This document shows, in pieces, positions 19,445 through 29,532 of a stretch of 64,000 bases of DNA. The stretch is taken from NCBI GenBank assembly GCA_965218095.1, contig OZ244587.1, positions 6,016,001 through 6,080,000 of the forward strand. The letters are read 5' to 3'. Each line of letters begins with the position of its first letter. Position 1 is the first letter of the stretch. The stretch is from Candidatus Poribacteria bacterium (GTDB lineage Bacteria > Poribacteria > WGA-4E > PCPOR2b). The translations under genes were made by a program, and so were the position numbers. Below the pieces are notes generated by a model that saw only the letters and a list, made by a program, of their open reading frames with translations, did not search any database and was not told the origin of the DNA.

Positions 19445-19593
19445 CGTTATTTTTCCTCCCTTAAACCCCATGGCTGACGAGAAATTGCGGATTTCGGAAT
19501 ATTGTAACTTGGCTCAACGTGAATATTCAAGTAAAATCTGGGGAGCGCTTTTTGGGGTAGTAGCTTTAAATAGCCTGCAAATATTATAATCTT

Positions 19594-19709
19594 TGGTGCT
19601 AGTTTTGGAATGCGGATTCAATAACGACAGGCATAAAGCCCTGGACTACGGAGAGTGGTGTCGTAGTCGAGTCCCTTGTGGGCGTTGAGTTTGGTACGAA
19701 CTAGCACCA
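19594..19709. repeat. Palindromic MITE/REP-like element
   Basis: 11-bp IR TGGTGCTAGTT / AACTAGCACCA enclosing GACTACG / CGTAGTC. Confidence 0.55.
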
Positions 19710-19736
19710 CTAGTTTATAGGAGATTGCATCAGGTG

Positions 19737-22226
19737 TCAGTGGGCAAAACGGAAGGTATACAACTTTGCCCGGTCGAGCGCAAAGTGCAGTTGCACAGCC
19801 CGGCCGACGAGATGCTCGCGATCCCTAGACTTCCAGGTCACCGTATGTGCTGTATCGTCCCCAGAAAAAGGAACACAGTCGCTCAGCGCGTAGCCGGGGA
19901 TCACCACGTTCGCGCCGTCCCGAACCTCCATCCGGACGCTCCCTCCCCCCTCAACCGCTGCGTTGATCACGATGCCATTCTCTCCAGCGAGGAGGCGCCG
20001 GGACGTTAGATGGGCTATGGTATCCACCGGTTCCGCGTGTGCTAAGCGGCCGATCTTGCAGCGAGCCATCGCAGGATATGTGCGGAAGGACTCGCGCTGC
20101 TCGAAAACCTCCTCCCATGTCTCGAAGCCACTCATGTCCTTGTAGTGGGAGAAACGTTTCTTGAACTGATCAAGGCTCCCCTTGAAGCTCGACGCCTTTC
20201 CCGAGTAGTGAAGGGACGGCGACGCGCTGAAGGGAAACCACCACTCTTCGCCAAACTGGTAAGCCTGCGCGTCCTGGGCGCGTGCCCAGCCACCGCAGTA
20301 GGTCCCAGGGGTGGTAAGTTCAATAAAAGGATGGCGTTCCTTCGTGAATCGATGCCAGCGAATGAGATCTCGACTCCAGGTGAGTTCGTGCCACAGGCGC
20401 CCACTCCAAAGTTCGTAGTGCAGCACGCTTCCGAGATACATCGGGCTCTTCGCAAGCGCACATTGCGGGTAGAGGGAACGCTTGAACCCCGTGGGCGCTT
20501 CTTTGCCCACAAGCTTGCTTCCGATGGGCCCGATTGCGCACATCGCGTAGTACACAGTTCCGTCCACGTCGAATTCGTCTGGACTCAGCGCAAAGCGACG
20601 CTCCCAAGTAAAGCCGTCGTTCGTCCAGAGAACAGCGATGCAGCGCCTTGCGTGACAGAGGTTGTCGCTGGGCGCCCAGTGCGGCGGGTAGCCAGGGGGC
20701 GTCGGCCGAAAGAAGTAGAAAAGCCTTTGCGATCCGTCGAGATTCGCATGTCCGCGGACGGTCTCGGTGCAGTGCCAGAGGTTTTGTCCGACCCCACCAT
20801 ACATAATGGGCTCACGGGTGAGTACGACGAAGTCACCGTCACGCTCGATCATCGGACTGTAGCCGCGCGGTCGACCGCGAAAGATGCTGTCACCCTCGGG
20901 ATGTTCGGGGATGGCGCGAGCCTCAATGATACGCTGGCACTCCTCCGGAAACCCTCGCTTCCAGGCAGGTATGAGGATCTCGCTGAGGTCGATCGGTCCA
21001 TCGCGATCCGGATCGTAGAAGCGGAAGTTTGCGTTTTCGATAGCCCGACGCGCCTCCTCGGAATTTTCGCCAAACTTGCCAGAGAGGTACTTTGTCGGCG
21101 CGTTTGAAAGAATGTTGTTCGCCTTGCTCCCCTGAAACTCGACGCGTCCCAGATTGGGCTTCTCCCACTCCAACCCATCTTTTGACACCGCCAGAAGATC
21201 CGCGAAGCGAAGCGCGGCTGCTTCTTCCGCCCGCTCAGGACGATACGTCGAGGTTCTATAGATGAGGCGGAACTCCTGCCTTTCTTCGTCGTAGGAGATC
21301 TCATGGACGCTCAAACCATCCAACTCCCAAGGTCGATCCGATTCAATCAGCGGGCGGTCGGGAACCCTGGGAGCCGGATCAGGACAAAAGCGGATGTTCT
21401 CAACGCTTTCAAAGAATGTTTCGTCTGTCAGAAAAACCGTGCCCGTTCCAAGATCCATCGGCGTGGAAGGCATGGTCGAGGTGGAAAGCTGAAGCGAGTT
21501 GCTGGCCTCCTTCGTAAAGAGTCGCACGCAGTAGGCGCCCACGGACTCGCCGTCGTGCAGCACACGCAAACGGATCCAGTAGTCGGCGCGCCCCCAACCT
21601 TTCGTAGAGAAAGTCTTTTGCGAGCGGCGACCATCTACGCACATGCGCCAGGGCCCAGCAAGCGGCTCATCGGTTCCCGCGAGCACAACGTCTGCCTCAA
21701 GTTCGCATTCGGACACCCGATCCGGCACCGTACACACATGAAAGGCAGCGTGATCTGCGTCAATGTAAATCGGCCTCAATGGCGAGCATTCCAGAAACTG
21801 GCGATCCGAATGCGTTGCGGGTGGATCGCCGCTTCGCACGCGATAAAAGTCGTAAACGTCCAGCCGGGTGGAAATCGCTTGAGGCGAAACGCCCTGCTGC
21901 TCAAAGCAAGCCGTAAAAATATAGTCCCCCTGTATCCACCGTTTGTCCCATTCAGGCGTGAAATCTTCGGTGGTGCCGGCTTTTTCGGGGCCTTCCCACT
22001 GCCCATCGTCCAGCAGCGGGTAGAGTACATCAAACTCGACCCCGCCATCCTGAATCTCCACCGCACGTTCCATACTCTGGCGGTAACCGTTTGGCTGAGT
22101 GACGTTCAGTGACACCCTTGCCTCACCATCGTGCAGCGAGAGGTTCTTGAGCGACACAGCTACCCACCAGAAGTCCTTTGGTTTCAACTCCATACACGAG
22201 CTCATTCTTCTTCTCCTATTACGCAT
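19737..22226 (-). CDS. Large hypothetical protein, probable five-bladed beta-propeller glycosidase-like
   Basis: 829-aa ORF. SKDGLEWEKPNLG.VEF.GSK.NN, WSRDLIRW, and a C-terminal INA...G.VR.E..D....IPGY..SDC..F.GD domain. Start probably MSSCME near 22205. Confidence 0.7.
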   Translation of the reverse strand: MRNRRRRMSSCMELKPKDFWWVAVSLKNLSLHDGEARVSLNVTQPNGYRQSMERAVEIQDGGVEFDVLYPLLDDGQWEGPEKAGTTEDFTPEWDKRWIQGDYIFTACFEQQGVSPQAISTRLDVYDFYRVRSGDPPATHSDRQFLECSPLRPIYIDADHAAFHVCTVPDRVSECELEADVVLAGTDEPLAGPWRMCVDGRRSQKTFSTKGWGRADYWIRLRVLHDGESVGAYCVRLFTKEASNSLQLSTSTMPSTPMDLGTGTVFLTDETFFESVENIRFCPDPAPRVPDRPLIESDRPWELDGLSVHEISYDEERQEFRLIYRTSTYRPERAEEAAALRFADLLAVSKDGLEWEKPNLGRVEFQGSKANNILSNAPTKYLSGKFGENSEEARRAIENANFRFYDPDRDGPIDLSEILIPAWKRGFPEECQRIIEARAIPEHPEGDSIFRGRPRGYSPMIERDGDFVVLTREPIMYGGVGQNLWHCTETVRGHANLDGSQRLFYFFRPTPPGYPPHWAPSDNLCHARRCIAVLWTNDGFTWERRFALSPDEFDVDGTVYYAMCAIGPIGSKLVGKEAPTGFKRSLYPQCALAKSPMYLGSVLHYELWSGRLWHELTWSRDLIRWHRFTKERHPFIELTTPGTYCGGWARAQDAQAYQFGEEWWFPFSASPSLHYSGKASSFKGSLDQFKKRFSHYKDMSGFETWEEVFEQRESFRTYPAMARCKIGRLAHAEPVDTIAHLTSRRLLAGENGIVINAAVEGGGSVRMEVRDGANVVIPGYALSDCVPFSGDDTAHTVTWKSRDREHLVGRAVQLHFALDRAKLYTFRFAH

Positions 22227-22419
22227 TACGTTTTGGTTTCATGCATCGCGTTTCACTTCCTATGACACAAGGACAACTCCACTCCCTACCAGAGAAATCG
22301 CCAAAGCTAACGAGATCGAGATCGAATTCATCCGCAAAAACCGCGAGCCGCGGAAAACGCTTCTTGTCATGTCTCGCTGCGTCTGGCGTGCTTGCCATGA
22401 TCATGAAATGGGTCGCCGC

Positions 22420-22938
22420 TTAAAGCTGTACCGGGTCAAACACATGCTTCCACGTTGTTTCCGTCACGCTTGCAAAGTTGACATCGCCGAGTTGTGTGAG
22501 ATCTTCGAGCAATTGCTCCGCCTGCTCCCGCGTTGCGCAGCCAACCGTCCAGCGCTCCAAGCCATCGTGCTGCGTTTCCATGCCGATTTTGAAGCAGCGG
22601 TTTTTTTCGACAACCTGCGAGCAGAACCCCTGCGGCGAGCATCTTGCTTTCCAGCGAATGAATGCCCACTGCGGTGTGCGCTCAAGCAGCTCGAACTCGT
22701 CATAGCCGGGTGTGCTGCCCAGGTAGGTCAACACGGCTTGTACATCGTCGTCACTGGGGTTGTGGATGGCCGCGACCTCTTCGACCATCGATTGCTCAAC
22801 CACGAAACCACCCGGCGAAACAAACCGAATGTGTGGCAAAGCGCGCGACATCTGGTTTGTCGGACAGTTGTTGTGAACAATGCTGAATTCGACTTTGAAC
22901 ATCCGTTGTTCCTCCTCTCCGTGATTTGTCACCACCAA
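22420..22938 (-). CDS. Hypothetical protein resembling the N-terminal domain of archaeal Bat/HTH_10 regulators, lacking HTH
   Basis: HNNCP, DGLERWTVG..TREQ..QLL..L...G.V...SV pattern. Likely start MFKVE after GAGGAG. Confidence 0.55.
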   Translation of the reverse strand: MVVTNHGEEEQRMFKVEFSIVHNNCPTNQMSRALPHIRFVSPGGFVVEQSMVEEVAAIHNPSDDDVQAVLTYLGSTPGYDEFELLERTPQWAFIRWKARCSPQGFCSQVVEKNRCFKIGMETQHDGLERWTVGCATREQAEQLLEDLTQLGDVNFASVTETTWKHVFDPVQL

Positions 22939-23347
22939 TACACCAGGTGCATTAGAAAGCCTCTGTTTCGCGATTGGAGCCGCATAAGGGTTATACCATT
23001 CTAGTGCTATACAGCATAAATAAACCCATCTGCGCCAATTCCTTCCACATCCGACAAACCGAAAACGGTTGTTTGCCGACTGACGCTTGAAAACCCAAGA
23101 GGGCCGCCGTCAACCGTAAAACGACTGTTAGGATCTCAGACAAATACTGCTGGTGAGACATGAAACCTCGCCGCGAGAGCTTGAAGGCCCTTGACTCTAA
23201 GCTCTTGTTTACTATTAAGGAGCTCCGAGACAATGTGTCGTCAAATCCGGAGATCGACCAAGCAATGAGCATATCGGTATAAAGCGAAATCACGCTTATG
23301 AGCGCTCGGAGCGTGATATCAAAATTCCTATCAGATCAAAATACGCC

Positions 23348-24334
23348 TCACCTTTTTACGTGTTGTCCCGTCACCTGGACCAACCCCGTCCCAACATTCA
23401 CTCGGGGCAGTCGGCGTAGAAATATCACCACCCCATCCTGCTCGGCAGTGACCTCATCTGTCACCTGGCCGAAGAAATCTTCAATAGTCCCCAGGCGTTG
23501 ACCGACACTGACCTCATCTAGCAAGCCAACATCAGGCCGGAAGAAACCTGCCGCCGGGGCAGAGATCACCACATCCAGATTGCCGTCCCCTACTAGGTGA
23601 TAGATGGTCGGTCGGGGCTGCGGCTCACCCGGCGCCATCCCCAAATGTTTCATGACGTTGAGCACCCCCTCAATATAACAGTCCACATCATCCGGCGTGG
23701 CCCGACCTCCGCCCGGAGTTTCGGTATAAAGCCAGGGGACGCCAAACGCAGTGGCGGCGCTGACGCTGCGGCCCAGTGACACAGGCGGTGGGTGCCCCCA
23801 CAATACCGGTGCGCCAAAAGCTTTGGCGGCAGCTTGGGATTGTTGGCCCAACGCATCGTCGCTGTGCAGATAGCCGATCAGGGTCGGGATGTTGGACTCA
23901 ACGCCACCGCTGTGAAGGTCGATAAAAAAGTCGGCTGGTTTGATGAGCTTGTGAGCGAGCCAATAGGCGATGCGCTGGGTGATCGTGCCCCGAACATCGC
24001 CGGGAAAGACACGAGCCAGATTGAGTCCGTCAATGGGGCTGTTGCGAATGCCGGCCTCGTAAGCAGGCATGTTGCAGACGGGGATCATCACCAGTGCGCC
24101 GCGCAAAACGTCGAGTTGCACCTGTTCAAAAATGCGGGGTATCGCTTCAACCCCCTCATATTCATTGCCGTGGACAGCGGCGGTGACGACGAGCGTCGGG
24201 CCGGTTGTGGCGCTCGTGACGTAGAGCAAAGGCAATCGCCAAGCGCTGCCGTCTGCCCGAGGGGCGACATCGAGCCAGCCGGTCGCTTTTTCTCCGGAAG
24301 GAAGTTGGGAAATATCAAATGCTTGAAACCGCAT
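23348..24334 (-). CDS. Succinylglutamate desuccinylase/aspartoacylase (M14) family
   Basis: VHGNE, NLARVFPG, DLHSG, ETPG, and a C-terminal biotinyl-like domain. Confidence 0.92.
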   Translation of the reverse strand: MRFQAFDISQLPSGEKATGWLDVAPRADGSAWRLPLLYVTSATTGPTLVVTAAVHGNEYEGVEAIPRIFEQVQLDVLRGALVMIPVCNMPAYEAGIRNSPIDGLNLARVFPGDVRGTITQRIAYWLAHKLIKPADFFIDLHSGGVESNIPTLIGYLHSDDALGQQSQAAAKAFGAPVLWGHPPPVSLGRSVSAATAFGVPWLYTETPGGGRATPDDVDCYIEGVLNVMKHLGMAPGEPQPRPTIYHLVGDGNLDVVISAPAAGFFRPDVGLLDEVSVGQRLGTIEDFFGQVTDEVTAEQDGVVIFLRRLPRVNVGTGLVQVTGQHVKR

Positions 24335-24493
24335 TGTTTGTCCTCTTAGAAAACTCACGAGATCCGCTTAATATTAAGGCTTATCGCTGGCGCTATATGA
24401 TGGATCTGATAGAAGAAGTCGCGAGTTGGATCAGACACCTCGCCTAACTGGAACATTACCTACCGTGCGTGATGGACCACTTTGACTTCGACC

Positions 24494-25354
24494 TTATTCT
24501 ATCGTGGGACCATCACCGGCAAGGGTGGTGCGGTGCAGAATGCGCTTGTGATTTCCACTGTCCCAGGGGCGTCCCCGGTGCAGACAGCAGCGGTTGTCAT
24601 AAACAACGAAGTCATTCACTCGCCATTGGTGGCAGTAGACGAATTGCGGCTGTGTCGACCACTCCAGCAGTTCCTTCAACAAGGCTTTGTCCTTCTCGAT
24701 CGGCCAGCCGATGACGCGAGATGTGTAAGAGCCAACAAAGAGTGCCTTCTTCCCGGTCTCGGGAATCACGCGTACGAGGACCTGATTGACCGGAGGTGTC
24801 TCTTTCTGGAATGCTTCGCTCATCAAGTTCGGAGCGATCTGAGCCCGTGAGTTGGCAAGGCTATGCTCGACGACCAGGCCCTCCAGGCCAGCCTTTTTCT
24901 CCTCGGGTAGGGATGCATAAGCGGCGCAGAGGCTGGCGAATTCGGTCTCACCGCCTTCAGGCGGCACGACCTTAGCCGAGAGCAGCGAGCCTCGCAAAGG
25001 TACACGCTTGAACGAACCATCGGAGTGCCAGAGCGTGTTGGCAACGGTATACAGCATCCGAGGATCTTCTGGCGGAATGATTTCGCCATTCTCATCGAGG
25101 TTGGAAATGATGCCGATCGGCCCCCCGTTGCCGATGGGGTCATTCACCATCGTCATTTCGAGTTGACCGAAGCGCTTGCTGAAGGCGACGTGCTGTTCGT
25201 CCGTGATGTCCTGATCCTGGAAGACAAGGACGGAGTATTTGTAAAAGGCATCGCGAAGTTGTTCAAATGTCTCGTCATCAATGGGCGATGTGATGTCAAT
25301 GTCCTGAATTTCCGCGCCGATGTGCTCTTCCAGTTTGCTAATCGTGACCGTCAT
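24494..25354 (-). CDS. TauD/TfdA family 2OG dioxygenase
   Basis: GAEI, WHSD, GGETEFA, DNRCCLHRG, HRTTLAG. Confidence 0.95.
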   Translation of the reverse strand: MTVTISKLEEHIGAEIQDIDITSPIDDETFEQLRDAFYKYSVLVFQDQDITDEQHVAFSKRFGQLEMTMVNDPIGNGGPIGIISNLDENGEIIPPEDPRMLYTVANTLWHSDGSFKRVPLRGSLLSAKVVPPEGGETEFASLCAAYASLPEEKKAGLEGLVVEHSLANSRAQIAPNLMSEAFQKETPPVNQVLVRVIPETGKKALFVGSYTSRVIGWPIEKDKALLKELLEWSTQPQFVYCHQWRVNDFVVYDNRCCLHRGRPWDSGNHKRILHRTTLAGDGPTIE

Positions 25355-25533
25355 TGCGTTTCCTCCTCAACTCGTCGCGTAGCGTTGTCAGCTTCCAGTG
25401 TAGTGCCTAGTTCGGTGCCCTGGTCTCCTTTGTGACCTGCCTCAATTTTTCTAGACACCAAAACCGGTATCCTTTAGCAGGGATTTTGGGCTGACTTCCT
25501 TTATCTGCATGAGTGTGGCGTGTCACAATCGTC

Positions 25534-25791
25534 TTAGAAAGATCCGAGTTCATGTTGTAGAACATCCGCTCCAATTGCCGAAACCTTGTCCTGAAGGTAG
25601 ATCGCAGATTCTAAGTTGACGGCAAGCTCAATCTGAGGTGCAAGCTCGGCTGGAATCGTCATTTTGGGAACATCAATAGCTTCTGCTTCACGAGTGGTTT
25701 GGTGGCTCGTACCTATGCAACCAATGAGACATGAAATGGTCAAGAATAACGCGCACCTTGCGATATGACTCGCTCTAGATGGTTGTTCCAT
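25534..25791 (-). pseudogene. Short, probably truncated lipoprotein-like ORF
   Basis: Hydrophobic stretch with LIGC lipobox, then an early stop. Confidence 0.35.
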
Positions 25792-25993
25792 TACGGTTTT
25801 CCCCTCTTCTGTGCATCGTGAAAACCGATCTCTAATACACACCTAACTTTTGATTATGCTCATTATAATCCTTTATGCTAGATTTTTTCCGTATAAAATT
25901 TTCCCCAGAATTTCTCACTTGAATCAATTTCCAAAACTTGATAAAATAGAAACCAAACGGTTGACGAAATTATACAATCTTTCTAAACCGCAG

Positions 25994-26377
25994 TCAACGG
26001 AAAGTTGTGGAGGAAAAAATGCAATGACGCCCCAAAAACTCCTCGTAAAGCGCGATTCCTCTGGCTACTGAATGTGCCATGGTGGTGCGTTGCGCGATAT
26101 GTTCTTTGAATCGAGCCACATCAAAGAAGATTAATTGTACTTTTTCATCCAGTTGTTTTTGCATTCCCCACTGCTCTTTGGGGCGAACAGCAGTTTCTTT
26201 CACGTAGAGCACATCCACATCGCTTTCGGGTCCAAAATCCCCTGCTGCAATACTTCCAATGATCACAATTGCCTGGATATCAATATAGTGTTCCAACAGA
26301 TAACTACAGGCATGCGCGACCATTTCTCGGTACGTTACGGGAACATGCTGGAGGTGAAGTGCTCCCACTTGAGCCAC
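25994..26377 (-). CDS. Minimal nucleotidyltransferase (MNT) domain protein
   Basis: IIGSIAAGDFGPESDVDVL motif. Likely GTG start after AAGGAG. No HEPN partner seen. Confidence 0.75.
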   Translation of the reverse strand: MAQVGALHLQHVPVTYREMVAHACSYLLEHYIDIQAIVIIGSIAAGDFGPESDVDVLYVKETAVRPKEQWGMQKQLDEKVQLIFFDVARFKEHIAQRTTMAHSVARGIALYEEFLGRHCIFSSTTFR

Positions 26378-26406
26378 TTGTTCTCCTTCTTGTTTGCAAC
26401 TTTGGA

Positions 26407-26481
26407 AACTTCTAAGCCTATCGTAGAAATTCCCCACGCATAAGAAATAGGTGAGACTCATGGGGAACTTCTAAGCCTATC
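26407..26481. repeat. 16-bp direct repeat pair enclosing a short inverted repeat
   Basis: AACTTCTAAGCCTATC at 26407 and 26466, with TTCCCCA / TGGGGAA between them. Confidence 0.8.
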
Positions 26482-26490
26482 AAATTGTAC

Positions 26491-26520
26491 TTGCATACAC
26501 AATAGAGATTGTGCTACAAT
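26491..26520 (+). promoter_or_regulatory. Putative gspG promoter
   Basis: TTGCAT-N18-TACAAT with extended TGn. CACAAT-N4-ATTGTG palindrome in the spacer. Confidence 0.5.
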
Positions 26521-26552
26521 GAGGCACATTTTTTATTGAAGGAGGTTACCGT

Positions 26553-27005
26553 TTGAGAAAAATTGTCAATCAACAGTCCGGTTTGACATCCACGCAGCTC
26601 CTCGTCGTGGTCATTGTCATCGGCATTGCAGCAGCGGTCGTCTTAGCACCACGCATACTCGGTCAAGCGGGCAAGGCACTCCAAGCCCAGGCGGCTGAAG
26701 AGATCGAAACGATTGGCATCGCACTTGACGCCTACGCGAAAGACAATGGGGATTATCCATCGACCGAACAAGGGCTGGCAGCACTCTGGGAAAAACCTGA
26801 GAAGCCACCAATTTCCATCGACTGGAAGGGGCCTTACTTGAAGGTTCCTATCACAAAGGATCCTTGGGGGAACGATTACATCTATATTCGTCCCGGTGTC
26901 CATGATCGATACGGCTACGATTTAATCTCCTTCGGCAGGGATGGACGCGAGGGAGGAACCGGCGACGCAGAAGATGTGGCAAGCTGGATCCGTCCGGACG
27001 AGTAA
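26553..27005 (+). CDS. gspG: Type II secretion major pseudopilin
   Basis: Prepilin-like N-terminus, ALDAY..DNG.YPSTEQGL.AL, WKGPYL, DPWGN.Y.Y..PG, S.G.DG..GG.G...D. Confidence 0.9.
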   Translation: MRKIVNQQSGLTSTQLLVVVIVIGIAAAVVLAPRILGQAGKALQAQAAEEIETIGIALDAYAKDNGDYPSTEQGLAALWEKPEKPPISIDWKGPYLKVPITKDPWGNDYIYIRPGVHDRYGYDLISFGRDGREGGTGDAEDVASWIRPDE

Positions 27006-27722
27006 TCAATCTGAGGCGGAGGAAATCGCGGCTTTCAGATCCAAGGTGCCCGTATAAAGCGCTCGCCCGATGATTGCACCGTAAACGCCGATTGTTCTGA
27101 GGGCTTCAATATCTTGAATTGACGTGACGCCGCCGGAGGCAATGAGGTTAATTGATACAGCTTTAGCAATCGCTTGGGTGGTTTCCAGGTTAGGCCCCTT
27201 GAGCATGCCGTCGCTTTTGATGTCTGTGTAGATGATGGTTTGGACGCCAAGGGTTTCCATCTCTCTGGCAAACGCAAGGGCGGGTTTTTCAGACACATCA
27301 AGCCAGCCTTCTGTGGCGACCATGCCCTCTCTGGCATCAATACCAACAGCGATCCGGTCACCATATCTCTTGCACGCTGCTTCGACCAATGGCGAGTTTT
27401 TGAGCGCCGCCGTACCAAGAATCGCCCGTGTTACGCCAAGCTCCAAAACCCTTTCCAGCCTGTCCATCGTGCGGATGCCGCCCCCCAACTGGATGGGGAT
27501 GTGAATCGTATCGGCAATTTCCTTAACGATGGGAAGATTGTCCGCTGTGCCTTGAAACGCACCATCAAGGTCTACAAGATGGAGGTATTCAGCCCCATCT
27601 CTCTGCCATTGCTCCGCTATTTCCACAGGCTGATCAGAGAAGACCGTTTCTTCCTCTGCACGCCCTTGCAGCAAATTCACACATTTGCCATTTCGGAGAT
27701 CGATTGCCGGTAAAATTAACAC
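27006..27722 (-). CDS. hisA: ProFAR isomerase
   Basis: ILPAIDL..GKCV.L.QG, LHLVDLDGA, QLGGGIR, YTDI..DGML.GPN, IASGGV. GTG start at 27722. Confidence 0.97.
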   Translation of the reverse strand: MLILPAIDLRNGKCVNLLQGRAEEETVFSDQPVEIAEQWQRDGAEYLHLVDLDGAFQGTADNLPIVKEIADTIHIPIQLGGGIRTMDRLERVLELGVTRAILGTAALKNSPLVEAACKRYGDRIAVGIDAREGMVATEGWLDVSEKPALAFAREMETLGVQTIIYTDIKSDGMLKGPNLETTQAIAKAVSINLIASGGVTSIQDIEALRTIGVYGAIIGRALYTGTLDLKAAISSASD

Positions 27723-27814
27723 TGTTATCTCACCCAGATAAATTTGACGGTTTTCTTGAAAATGAATCCAACCTTTGGAAGGTTTAACTGCTAGTTGAAA
27801 GAAAGGAATCGCCA

Positions 27815-28543
27815 ATGCGCCCGGTTATCGGCATCACTTGCAGTTTAACAGTGAGTGCTATCAATGGTTCAATGTATACTTTAGAGCGTAACACCATCGC
27901 TCGTGATTATGCTCGTGCCATCGAATATGTTGGCGGTGCTCCTCTTCTTTTGCCACACGTTGAGGATTCAGCGTGCATTGACCAATACATGGGGATGCTC
28001 GATGGGCTTGTCCTCTCCGGCGGCGGTGACATCGATCCGTTACTGTTTGGTCAAGAACCTCATCAAAACATTGGCAGTATTGACAGGGTGCGCGATGAGA
28101 TGGAGATTCAACTTACTCAAAAGGCATTGGATCAAGACTTGCCGATTTTCGCAATTTGTCGCGGCATCCAGATGCTAAATGTTGCTGCGGACGGAACGGT
28201 GTACCAGGATATTGCATCGGAAATGTCCCAGCCAACTTTGCGCCATTCACAGGCGGGGGCTGGCTGGTATGCTTCACATACAATCGACATTCTGTCCGAC
28301 AGCCGTCTTCACCAAATCATTGGCAGCACAACAGCCCGCGTCAACTCGTTCCATCATCAAGCGGTGCGGGATGTCGGCGAAGGGTTTACCGTAACAGCCA
28401 AAGCAACAGATGGCGTCATTGAGGCGATTGAAGATCCGACGCATCGTTTCGCACTTGGAGTCCAATGTCACCCGGAGATGATGTGGAAACGACACCCCGA
28501 GTCGCTGAATCTGTTTACGGCGTTTTTGAAGGCGTGCCGATAG
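27815..28543 (+). CDS. Gamma-glutamyl-gamma-aminobutyrate hydrolase family (peptidase C26)
   Basis: PVIGIT, LSGGGDIDP, ICRGIQ, VNSFHHQAV, VQCHPE. Confidence 0.93.
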   Translation: MRPVIGITCSLTVSAINGSMYTLERNTIARDYARAIEYVGGAPLLLPHVEDSACIDQYMGMLDGLVLSGGGDIDPLLFGQEPHQNIGSIDRVRDEMEIQLTQKALDQDLPIFAICRGIQMLNVAADGTVYQDIASEMSQPTLRHSQAGAGWYASHTIDILSDSRLHQIIGSTTARVNSFHHQAVRDVGEGFTVTAKATDGVIEAIEDPTHRFALGVQCHPEMMWKRHPESLNLFTAFLKACR

Positions 28544-28595
28544 CGATTAGAAATACGGAGACAGAACAAAGGTGTAGTTTGACAATATTATCTTA

Positions 28596-29532
28596 ACCCA
28601 AGTTGCCACCTATTATCGAATAGGCGATTGAACTCAGAGTTGATTGATACTGCTGGCTAATACAAACAAGACCACTTTCAATTCAAATCCCTGTCGTGTC
28701 ACCGCATGGATACAACGGGGGAGCAATCTCTCAATTAAACTCCCAACCGTCTCAACAGACTTACGATAGTAATTAGCCAAATAGGTCTCCCATGGCGGGT
28801 AGGCACGCTTGGAATTCTGCTTGCGTATCGGCTTTAATTCCACTTCGACTGTTGCAACTATATCTTCTATCTCATAGTTATTGTACGCTTTGTCACCGTA
28901 GACTCGACTCCCCGGTGGCAAGTCGAAATCAAACCACTGTAACCCTTCAACGTCGCCTGTGCCCGCTGAGGTCACAAAGAATTCAACCGGTTGTTGGCTC
29001 GCGGTCACTAGCAGATGAACCTTCAAGCCATAGAAATACCGACGTTTGGACGCTTGATAGCCCCGAAATGCCTCATCGGTGTAGAGTTTCGACCGACAAA
29101 TACGAATATTGTCACAGACCGCAATCGGCATAGTATCCATCACATAGATTTTCTGTTGATTGAGTTGTACATAGCTTTGTGCCAAGATTTTGAACAATGT
29201 GATGAACATCGGTTTAATTCGATGAAGTCGTCGATTGAATCGACTCTTTGAGAGCATCTTTGGGATATAGCCATGAGTGTGGAGAAAGTCTCGAGTTGTT
29301 TGAAAGTTTGCCCCAAAAAACAGGGCAGCGACGCCGCCGGTGGTCATCACCTCGGCATCAGACATCTGAGTTTGTGGGTGCGGTCTCGGGTTAAAGGCTT
29401 CTAAGAGCTTGTCACAGAGATAGAAAATGGTTGCAATTTGTATGTCCATGGGTTTCTCCTTTGAGGTGTTATGGTTGACTACCTCAATTTTAACGGAAAA
29501 CCCATGGATTTTCAATTACTAGCAACTTGGGT
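28596..29532 (-). mobile_element. IS982-family insertion sequence (937 bp)
   Basis: IRs ACCCAAGTTGC / GCAACTTGGGT. 7-bp flanks TATCTTA / TATATTA. Confidence 0.9.
28634..29449 (-). CDS. IS982 family transposase
   Basis: MSDAEV, SRFNRR, DTMPI.VC.N.R, FYGLKVHL, GDKAY, RKSVET, GFELKV. Confidence 0.92.
   Translation of the reverse strand: MDIQIATIFYLCDKLLEAFNPRPHPQTQMSDAEVMTTGGVAALFFGANFQTTRDFLHTHGYIPKMLSKSRFNRRLHRIKPMFITLFKILAQSYVQLNQQKIYVMDTMPIAVCDNIRICRSKLYTDEAFRGYQASKRRYFYGLKVHLLVTASQQPVEFFVTSAGTGDVEGLQWFDFDLPPGSRVYGDKAYNNYEIEDIVATVEVELKPIRKQNSKRAYPPWETYLANYYRKSVETVGSLIERLLPRCIHAVTRQGFELKVVLFVLASSINQL

Noticed and set aside
20145-23004. Long plus-strand ORFs of 320, 269 and 301 aa
   Set aside because: Antisense shadows of GC-rich minus-strand genes, with no recognisable motifs.
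26404-26481. Mini CRISPR array
   Set aside because: Only two 16-bp repeats, no cas genes, and the repeat is too short.
27723-27815. hisA N-terminal extension in the ORF track
   Set aside because: The conserved HisA sequence starts at GTG 27722. The extension is the divergent intergenic region.
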